From Eledone cirrhosa (taxonomy: Eukaryota), in the NCBI GenBank assembly GCA_964016885.1, contig OZ024742.1:45260001-45324000 (forward strand): a stretch of 64,000 nucleotides of DNA, read 5' to 3'. The notes under the pieces are model-generated. The model was not told the DNA's origin, did no database searches, and worked only from the letters and a program-made list of their open reading frames with translations. The translations under genes and the position numbers were made by a program. This document shows, one piece after another, positions 53,301 through 64,000 of this stretch; the first letter of the stretch is position 1, and every line of letters starts with the position of its first letter.

Positions 53301-56300
53301 TCTGTTGATTCTGTGAGTACACCACAATCGCCAGACAAGTCTTGTCTGTTGATTCTGTAAGTACACCACAATCGCCAGACAAGTCTTGTCTGTTGATTCT
53401 GTGAGTACACCACAATCGCCAGACAAGTCTTGTCTATTGATTCTGTGAGTACACCGCAATCGCCAGACAAGTCTTGTCTGTTGATTCTGTAAGTACACCC
53501 CAATCACCAGACAAGTCTTGTCTATTGATTCTGTGAGTACACCACAATCGCCAGACAAGTCTTGTCTATTGATTCTGTGAGTACACCACAATCGCCAGAC
53601 AAGTCTTGTCTGTTGATTCTGTGAGTACACCACAATCATCAGACAAGTCTTGTCTGTTGATTCTGTGAGTACACCACAATCATCAGACAAGTCTTGTCTG
53701 GTGATTCTGTGAGTACACCACAATCGCCAGACAAGTCTTGTCTGGTGATTCTGTGAGTACACCACAATCACCAGACAAGTCTTGTCTGGTGATTCTGTGA
53801 GTACACCACAATCGCCAGACAAGTCTTGTCTGGTGATTCTGTGAGTACACCACCATCACCAGACAAGTCTTGTCTGGTGATTCTGTGAGTACACCACAAT
53901 CGCCAGACAAGTCTTGTCTGGTGATTCTGTGAGTACACCACCATCACCAGACAAGTCTTGTCTATTGATTCTGTGAGTACACCACAATCACCAGACAAGT
54001 CTTGTCTGTTGATTCTGTGAGTACACCACCATCACCAGACAAGTCTTGTCTGGTGATTCTGTGAGTACACCACAATCGCCAGACAAGTCTTGTCTGGTGA
54101 TTCTGTGAGTACACCACCATCACCAGACAAGTCTTGTCTGGTGATTCTGTGAGTACACCACAATCACCAGACAAGTCTTGTCTGGTGATTCTGTGAGTAC
54201 ACCACAATCGCCAGACAAGTCTTGTCTGTTGATTCTGTGAGTACACCACAATCGCCAGACAAGTCTTGTCTATTGATTCTGTGAGTACACCACAATCGCC
54301 AGACAAGTCTTGTCTGTTGATTCTGTAAGTACACCACAATCGCCAGACAAGTCTTGTCTGTTGATTCTGTGAGTACACCACAATCGCCAGACAAGTCTTG
54401 TCTATTGATTCTGTGAGTACACCACAATCGCCAGACAAGTCTTGTCTGTTGATTCTGTGAGTACACCACAATCGCCAGACAAGTCTTGTCTATTGATTCT
54501 GTGAGTACACCACAATCGCCAGACAAGTCTTGTCTGTTGATTCTGTAAGTACACCACAATCACCAGACAAGTCTTGTCTATTGATTCTGTGAGTACACCA
54601 CAATCGCCAGACAAGTCTTGTCTGTTGATTCTGTGAGTACACCACAATCGCCAGACAAGTCTTGTCTGTTGATTCTGTGAGTACACCACAATCACCAGAC
54701 AAGTCTTGTCTGTTGATTCTGTGAGTACACCACAATCGCCAGACAAGTCTTGTCTGTTGATTCTGTGAGTACACCACAATCACCAGACAAGTCTTGTCTG
54801 TTGATTCTGTGAGTACACCACAATCACCAGACAAGTCTTGTCTGGTGATTCTGTGAGTACCCATAATCACCAGGCAAGACTTGTCTGGTGATTCTGTGAG
54901 TACACCACAATCGCCAGACAAGTCTTGTCTGTTGATTCTGTGAGTACACCACAATCGCCAGACAAGTCTTGTCTGTTGATTCTGTAAGTACACCACAATC
55001 GCCAGACAAGTCTTGTCTGTTGATTCTGTGAGTACACCACAATCGCCAGACAAGTCTTGTCTATTGATTCTGTGAGTACACCGCAATCGCCAGACAAGTC
55101 TTGTCTGTTGATTCTGTAAGTACACCCCAATCACCAGACAAGTCTTGTCTATTGATTCTGTGAGTACACCACAATCGCCAGACAAGTCTTGTCTATTGAT
55201 TCTGTGAGTACACCACAATCGCCAGACAAGTCTTGTCTGTTGATTCTGTGAGTACACCACAATCGCCAGACAAGTCTTGTCTATTGATTCTGTAAGTACA
55301 CCACAATCGCCAGACAAGTCTTGTCTGTTGATTCTGTGAGTACACCACAATCGCCAGACAAGTCTTGTCTGTTGATTCTGTGAGTACACCACAATCACCA
55401 GACAAGTCTTGTCTGTTGATTCTGTGAGTACACCACCATCACCAGACAAGTCTTGTCTGGTGATTCTGTGAGTACACCACAATCGCCAGACAAGTCTTGT
55501 CTGGTGATTCTGTGAGTACACCACCATCACCAGACAAGTCTTGTCTGGTGATTCTGTGAGTACACCACAATCACCAGACAAGTCTTGTCTGGTGATTCTG
55601 TGAGTACACCACAATCGCCAGACAAGTCTTGTCTGTTGATTCTGTGAGTACACCACAATCGCCAGACAAGTCTTGTCTATTGATTCTGTGAGTACACCAC
55701 AATCGCCAGACAAGTCTTGTCTGTTGATTCTGTAAGTACACCACAATCGCCAGACAAGTCTTGTCTGTTGATTCTGTGAGTACACCACAATCGCCAGACA
55801 AGTCTTGTCTATTGATTCTGTGAGTACACCACAATCGCCAGACAAGTCTTGTCTGTTGATTCTGTGAGTACACCACAATCGCCAGACAAGTCTTGTCTAT
55901 TGATTCTGTGAGTACACCACAATCGCCAGACAAGTCTTGTCTGTTGATTCTGTAAGTACACCACAATCACCAGACAAGTCTTGTCTATTGATTCTGTGAG
56001 TACACCACAATCGCCAGACAAGTCTTGTCTGTTGATTCTGTGAGTACACCACAATCGCCAGACAAGTCTTGTCTGTTGATTCTGTGAGTACACCACAATC
56101 GCCAGACAAGTCTTGTCTGTTGATTCTGTGAGTACACCACAATCGCCAGACAAGTCTTGTCTGTTGATTCTGTGAGTACACCACAATCGCCAGACAAGTC
56201 TTGTCTCTTGATTCTGTGAGTACACCACAATCGCCAGACAAGTCTTGTCTGTTGATTCTGTAAGTACACCACAATCGCCAGACAAGTCTTGTCTGTTGAT

Positions 56301-59300
56301 TCTGTGAGTACACCACAATCGCCAGACAAGTCTTGTCTATTGATTCTGTGAGTACACCACAATCGCCAGACAAGTCTTGTCTGTTGATTCTGTGAGTACA
56401 CCACAATCGCCAGACAAGTCTTGTCTATTGATTCTGTGAGTACACCACAATCGCCAGACAAGTCTTGTCTGTTGATTCTGTAAGTACACCACAATCACCA
56501 GACAAGTCTTGTCTATTGATTCTGTGAGTACACCACAATCGCCAGACAAGTCTTGTCTGTTGATTCTGTGAGTACACCACAATCGCCAGACAAGTCTTGT
56601 CTGTTGATTCTGTAAGTACACCACAATCACCAGACAAGTCTTGTCTGTTGATTCTGTGAGTACACCACAATCGCCAGACAAGTCTTGTCTGTTGATTCTG
56701 TGAGTACACCACAATCACCAGACAAGTCTTGTCTGTTGATTCTGTGAGTACACCACAATCACCAGACAAGTCTTGTCTGGTGATTCTGTGAGTACCCATA
56801 ATCACCAGGCAAGACTTGTCTGGTGATTCTGTGAGTACACCACAATCGCCAGACAAGTCTTGTCTGTTGATTCTGTGAGTACACCACAATCGCCAGACAA
56901 GTCTTGTCTGTTGATTCTGTAAGTACACCACAATCGCCAGACAAGTCTTGTCTGTTGATTCTGTGAGTACACCACAATCGCCAGACAAGTCTTGTCTATT
57001 GATTCTGTGAGTACACCGCAATCGCCAGACAAGTCTTGTCTGTTGATTCTGTAAGTACACCCCAATCACCAGACAAGTCTTGTCTATTGATTCTGTGAGT
57101 ACACCACAATCGCCAGACAAGTCTTGTCTATTGATTCTGTGAGTACACCACAATCGCCAGACAAGTCTTGTCTGTTGATTCTGTGAGTACACCACAATCG
57201 CCAGACAAGTCTTGTCTATTGATTCTGTAAGTACACCACAATCGCCAGACAAGTCTTGTCTGTTGATTCTGTGAGTACACCACAATCGCCAGACAAGTCT
57301 TGTCTGTTGATTCTGTGAGTACACCACAATCACCAGACAAGTCTTGTCTGTTGATTCTGTGAGTACACCACCATCACCAGACAAGTCTTGTCTGGTGATT
57401 CTGTGAGTACACCACAATCGCCAGACAAGTCTTGTCTGGTGATTCTGTGAGTACACCACCATCACCAGACAAGTCTTGTCTGGTGATTCTGTGAGTACAC
57501 CACAATCACCAGACAAGTCTTGTCTGGTGATTCTGTGAGTACACCACAATCGCCAGACAAGTCTTGTCTGTTGATTCTGTGAGTACACCACAATCGCCAG
57601 ACAAGTCTTGTCTATTGATTCTGTGAGTACACCACAATCGCCAGACAAGTCTTGTCTGTTGATTCTGTAAGTACACCACAATCGCCAGACAAGTCTTGTC
57701 TGTTGATTCTGTGAGTACACCACAATCGCCAGACAAGTCTTGTCTATTGATTCTGTGAGTACACCACAATCGCCAGACAAGTCTTGTCTGTTGATTCTGT
57801 GAGTACACCACAATCGCCAGACAAGTCTTGTCTATTGATTCTGTGAGTACACCACAATCGCCAGACAAGTCTTGTCTGTTGATTCTGTAAGTACACCACA
57901 ATCACCAGACAAGTCTTGTCTATTGATTCTGTGAGTACACCACAATCGCCAGACAAGTCTTGTCTGTTGATTCTGTGAGTACACCACAATCGCCAGACAA
58001 GTCTTGTCTGTTGATTCTGTGAGTACACCACAATCACCAGACAAGTCTTGTCTGTTGATTCTGTGAGTACACCACAATCGCCAGACAAGTCTTGTCTGTT
58101 GATTCTGTGAGTACACCACAATCACCAGACAAGTCTTGTCTGTTGATTCTGTGAGTACACCACAATCACCAGACAAGTCTTGTCTGGTGATTCTGTGAGT
58201 ACCCATAATCACCAGGCAAGACTTGTCTGGTGATTCTGTGAGTACACCACAATCGCCAGACAAGTCTTGTCTGTTGATTCTGTGAGTACACCACAATCGC
58301 CAGACAAGTCTTGTCTGTTGATTCTGTAAGTACACCACAATCGCCAGACAAGTCTTGTCTGTTGATTCTGTGAGTACACCACAATCGCCAGACAAGTCTT
58401 GTCTATTGATTCTGTGAGTACACCGCAATCGCCAGACAAGTCTTGTCTGTTGATTCTGTAAGTACACCCCAATCACCAGACAAGTCTTGTCTATTGATTC
58501 TGTGAGTACACCACAATCGCCAGACAAGTCTTGTCTATTGATTCTGTGAGTACACCACAATCGCCAGACAAGTCTTGTCTGTTGATTCTGTGAGTACACC
58601 ACAATCGCCAGACAAGTCTTGTCTATTGATTCTGTAAGTACACCACAATCGCCAGACAAGTCTTGTCTGTTGATTCTGTGAGTACACCACAATCGCCAGA
58701 CAAGTCTTGTCTGTTGATTCTGTGAGTACACCACAATCGCCAGACAAGTCTTGTCTGGTGTTTCTGTGAGTACACCACAATCGCCAGACAAGTCTTGTCT
58801 ATTGATTCTGTGAGTACACCACAATCGCCAGACAAGTCTTGTCTATTGATTCTGTGAGTACACCACAATCGCCAGACAAGTCTTGTCTGGTGATTCTGTG
58901 AGTACCCATAATCACCAGGCAAGACTTGTCTGGTGATTCTGTGAGTACCCATAATCACCAGGCAAGACTTGTCTGGTGATTCTGTGAGTACACCACAATC
59001 GCCAGACAAGTCTTGTCTGGTGATTCTGTGAGTACCCATAATCACCAGGCAAGACTTGTCTGGTGATTCTGTGAGTACACCACCATCACCAGACAAGTCT
59101 TGTCTATTGATTCTGTGAGTACACCACAATCACCAGACAAGTCTTGTCTGTTGATTCTGTGAGTACACCACAATCACCAGACAAGTCTTGTCTGGTGATT
59201 CTGTGAGTACACCACAATCATCAGACAAGTCTTGTCTGTTGATTCTGTGAGTACACCACAATCACCAGACAAGTCTTGTCTGTTGATTCTGTGAGTACAC

Positions 59301-62300
59301 CACAATCATCAGACAAGTCTTGTCTGTTGATTCTGTGAGTACACCACAATCATCAGACAAGTCTTGTCTGTTGATTCTGTGAGTACACCACAATCACCAG
59401 ACAAGTCTTGTCTGTTGATTCTGTGAGTACACCACAATCATCAGACAAGTCTTGTCTGTTGATTCTGTGAATACACCACAATCGCCAGACAAGTCTTGTC
59501 TGTTGATTCTGTGAGTACACCACAATCACCAGACAAGTCTTGTCTGTTGATTCTGTGAGTACACCACAATCATCAGACAAGTCTTGTCTGTTGATTCTGT
59601 GAGTACACCACAATCATCAGACAAGTCTTGTCTGTTGATTCTGTGAGTACACCACAATCGCCAGACAAGTCTTGTCTGTTGATTCTGTGAGTACACCACA
59701 ATCACCAGACAAGTCTTGTCTGTTGATTCTGTGAGTACACCACAATCACCAGACAAGTCTTGTCTGTTGATTCTGTGAGTACACCACAATCGCCAGACAA
59801 GTCTTGTCTGTTGATTCTGTGAGTACACCACAATCGCCAGACAAGTCTTGTCTATTGATTCTGTAAGTACACCACAATCGCCAGACAAGTCTTGTCTGTT
59901 GATTCTGTGAGTACACCACAATCGCCAGACAAGTCTTGTCTGTTGATTCTGTGAGTACACCACAATCGCCAGACAAGTCTTGTCTGGTGTTTCTGTGAGT
60001 ACACCACAATCGCCAGACAAGTCTTGTCTATTGATTCTGTGAGTACACCACAATCGCCAGACAAGTCTTGTCTATTGATTCTGTGAGTACACCACAATCG
60101 CCAGACAAGTCTTGTCTGGTGATTCTGTGAGTACCCATAATCACCAGGCAAGACTTGTCTGGTGATTCTGTGAGTACCCATAATCACCAGGCAAGACTTG
60201 TCTGGTGATTCTGTGAGTACACCACAATCGCCAGACAAGTCTTGTCTGGTGATTCTGTGAGTACCCATAATCACCAGGCAAGTCTTGTCTGTTGATTCTG
60301 TGAGTACACCACAATCACCAGACAAGTCTTGTCTGGTGATTCTGTGAGTACCCATAATCACCAGGCAAGACTTGTCTGGTGATTCTGTGAGTACACCACA
60401 ATCGCCAGACAAGTCTTGTCTGTTGATTCTGTGAGTACACCACAATCGCCAGACAAGTCTTGTCTGTTGATTCTGTAAGTACACCACAATCGCCAGACAA
60501 GTCTTGTCTGTTGATTCTGTGAGTACACCACAATCGCCAGACAAGTCTTGTCTATTGATTCTGTGAGTACACCGCAATCGCCAGACAAGTCTTGTCTGTT
60601 GATTCTGTAAGTACACCCCAATCACCAGACAAGTCTTGTCTATTGATTCTGTGAGTACACCACAATCGCCAGACAAGTCTTGTCTATTGATTCTGTGAGT
60701 ACACCACAATCGCCAGACAAGTCTTGTCTGTTGATTCTGTGAGTACACCACAATCGCCAGACAAGTCTTGTCTATTGATTCTGTAAGTACACCACAATCG
60801 CCAGACAAGTCTTGTCTGTTGATTCTGTGAGTACACCACAATCGCCAGACAAGTCTTGTCTGTTGATTCTGTGAGTACACCACAATCGCCAGACAAGTCT
60901 TGTCTGGTGTTTCTGTGAGTACACCACAATCGCCAGACAAGTCTTGTCTATTGATTCTGTGAGTACACCACAATCGCCAGACAAGTCTTGTCTATTGATT
61001 CTGTGAGTACACCACAATCGCCAGACAAGTCTTGTCTGGTGATTCTGTGAGTACCCATAATCACCAGGCAAGACTTGTCTGGTGATTCTGTGAGTACCCA
61101 TAATCACCAGGCAAGACTTGTCTGGTGATTCTGTGAGTACACCACAATCGCCAGACAAGTCTTGTCTGGTGATTCTGTGAGTACCCATAATCACCAGGCA
61201 AGACTTGTCTGGTGATTCTGTGAGTACACCACCATCACCAGACAAGTCTTGTCTATTGATTCTGTGAGTACACCACAATCACCAGACAAGTCTTGTCTGT
61301 TGATTCTGTGAGTACACCACAATCACCAGACAAGTCTTGTCTGGTGATTCTGTGAGTACACCACAATCATCAGACAAGTCTTGTCTGTTGATTCTGTGAG
61401 TACACCACAATCACCAGACAAGTCTTGTCTGTTGATTCTGTGAGTACACCACAATCATCAGACAAGTCTTGTCTGTTGATTCTGTGAGTACACCACAATC
61501 ATCAGACAAGTCTTGTCTGTTGATTCTGTGAGTACACCACAATCACCAGACAAGTCTTGTCTGTTGATTCTGTGAGTACACCACAATCATCAGACAAGTC
61601 TTGTCTGTTGATTCTGTGAATACACCACAATCGCCAGACAAGTCTTGTCTGTTGATTCTGTGAGTACACCACAATCACCAGACAAGTCTTGTCTGTTGAT
61701 TCTGTGAGTACACCACAATCATCAGACAAGTCTTGTCTGTTGATTCTGTGAGTACACCACAATCATCAGACAAGTCTTGTCTGTTGATTCTGTGAGTACA
61801 CCACAATCGCCAGACAAGTCTTGTCTGTTGATTCTGTGAGTACACCACAATCACCAGACAAGTCTTGTCTGTTGATTCTGTGAGTACACCACAATCACCA
61901 GACAAGTCTTGTCTGTTGATTCTGTGAGTACACCACAATCGCCAGACAAGTCTTGTCTGTTGATTCTGTGAGTACACCACAATCACCAGACAAGTCTTGT
62001 CTGTTGATTCTGTGAGTACACCACAATCGCCAGACAAGTCTTGTCTGTTGATTCTGTGAGTACACCACAATCATCAGACAAGTCTTGTCTGTTGATTCTG
62101 TGAGTACACCACAATCATCAAACAAGTCTTGTCTGTTGATTCTGTGAGTACACCACAATCGCCAGACAAGTGTTGTCTGGTGATTCTGTAAGTACACCAC
62201 AATCACCAGGCAAGTCTTGTCTGGTGATTCTGTGAGTACACCACAATCACCAGAGAAGTCTTGTCTGTTGATTCTGTGAGTACACCACAATCACCAGACA

Positions 62301-62329
62301 AGTCTTGTCTGGTGATTCTGTGAGTACAC
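50395..62329. repeat. 44-bp palindromic satellite array (about 270 units) with higher-order repeats
   Basis: Unit tgtct(g/a)(g/t)tgattctgtgagtacaccacaatc(a/g)ccagacaagtct. A 43-nt variant recurs. Confidence 0.98.
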
Positions 62330-62459
62330 AGATGAAATTCTAGAGTAACAAGACTCATCACTTAGTCATAATATAGAATATTATTAAGCTCTAATTTGGT
62401 ATTGAGTACTCATTCTGTCTGTCAACATCACATGAACATATATATATATATAAAATTGG

Positions 62460-64000
62460 CTACTGGCTGCTTTTCGATATGATGGATGGACTAAGGAATT
62501 TCTGGAGAGTCTGAAGAATCTGGACACTCGATGACAATGCCAAAGATAATGACAAATTCACCTCATGCTGCCGGACGAAAGGGCAAGGCGCCCCCCCCTC
62601 CTCTTTGTTTCGGCCGCGGATGGCCAACATAACCCCAAACTCATTCCCCTCACCCCTCCCCTCGCCCCATCTTCCAAACACAATCCAAAACTTCAGAGTT
62701 GGTACCATGAACGTTGGCACCTTAAAAGGCCGCTCTAACGAGGTTGTAGAAATGCTTGAACGTAAGGAGGTTGATGTTTGCTGTATCCAAGAGACCAGGT
62801 GGAGGGGCGGGTCTGCTAGATTCATTGTGGGTAAAAAATGTTGCTATAAGCTTTTCTGGGTGGGGAATGCCAATGGGATAGGTGGGGTAGGAATCATGTT
62901 AGCAGAAAAATGGGTGGATAAGATAATAGATGTAAATAGAGTGAATGACAGAATAATTAAAATAAGACTTGTTCTAAACAGAACTACTGTGACAGTAATA
63001 TCTGCATACGAGCCCCAATCCGGACTGCCTGGCGCTATAAAAGACAGATTCTATGAGACACTGATGCTCACTACCTCCCAAATAACCGACAGTGACTATA
63101 TAATTATTGCTGGCGACCTAAATGGTCGCGTTGGACAACATTGTGACGGCTATGACAGAATCCACGGAGGCTATGGATTTGGTACTAGAAACGAGGAAGG
63201 CTCCAGAATCCTGGAATTCTGTGATGCAAACAACCTAACTATCTGTAACACAAACATCAAAAAACGAGACAATCACTTGATCACCTACAGATCAGGAGAA
63301 CATACCAGCCAGGTAGATTATATCCTTACCAGAAGACGTGACAGAGTGTCTGTTGTAAACTCTAAATCCCTCCCCCATGAAGAATGCACCTCCCAACATA
63401 GACTGATAATTAGCGACCTCATAGTCAGGACGAGACGTACTAGACAGCAGAAGAGGACTATCCTCAGGAGAAAAATATGGAAGCTAAAGGATCCCGCAGC
63501 CAGAAATAAATTTCAAAGCATATTACTTGATGCTTTCGACAGTAAGGAAGAGCAATTAGAGTCGTACAAGGTAGAGGAACAGTGGGAATTCCTGAAAGCA
63601 AACCTGCTGATGGCGGCAGACGAAGTCTGTGGCTGGAGAGGCCTGTAGGCAGGAGGAGAGTAACATGGTGGTGGAACAGTAAGGTGGAGGGGTCAATCAA
63701 GGCCAAAAAGCAGGCTTGGAAAGCATGGCGGGGTGGGGGAAGTAGAGAAGACTATCAAGTGGCCAGGAGGGAAGCTAGTAGACAAGTGTACTTCGCAAGA
63801 AGGGAAGCAGAGGAAAGAAAGTTCAAGCATGTTCTACAACGCGAGGACCAAAAATGTGAGGTGTTCAGTTTTGCTAGGCAATGTGTCAAGGAAAACCGTG
63901 ATATAGTCGGGGAGTAGTGTGTACTTAACGATGATGGTTTACTTGCCATCACTGACGCTGATAAGAAGGTAGCTTGGAAGTGTCACTACGAAAGGCTAAT
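62460..64000 (+). mobile_element. RTE-clade LINE 5' part: APE endonuclease domain
   Basis: ORF 62605-63648 has GTMNVGTL, CCIQETRW, GDLNGRVG, QVDYIL and SQHRLI. Frameshift near 63640 then TWWWN. Runs off the window. Confidence 0.9.

Noticed and set aside
50395-62329. CRISPR array or repeat protein gene
   Set aside because: The palindromic repeats have near-identical linkers rather than unique spacers, there are no cas genes, the context is eukaryotic and the ORFs are frame-cycling artefacts.

Overview
This is repeat-saturated, AT-rich animal DNA, probably cephalopod (Octopus-like). That assignment is an inference from the Nin/Deu- and Meta-domain tRNA SINEs and the dense (TA)n/(TATG)n tracts. 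No intact multi-exon gene is visible. Two candidate micro-exons (38862-38910 and 46987-47019) splice into a signal-peptide-like N-terminus. The window holds remnants of many transposon classes: Neptune-type Penelope-like elements (PLE), an R4/Dong-type and a CRE-type restriction-like-endonuclease LINE, RTE, CR1 and Tx1/L1 LINE fragments, bipartite RTE-derived non-autonomous elements, two copies of a non-coding tRNA-Trp-primed LTR element, two non-autonomous Helitrons and a hAT remnant. It also has four minisatellites (40, 49, 32 and 44 bp units); the 44-bp unit is palindromic and forms higher-order repeats. The most notable signals are: (1) about ten hammerhead-ribozyme motifs, several with long stem II and rare core variants; (2) PLE insertions in (TA)n built from two oppositely oriented 3' ends that stop at the same two fixed positions, one ending at the ribozyme cleavage site; (3) an LTR junction carrying an extended tRNA-Trp copy with a substitution at position 58; (4) Dong-type insertions sitting repeatedly in the (ATGT)n tails of RTE elements. 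Most long ORFs in the track are repeat artefacts. All structures were read by eye and no database search was run.
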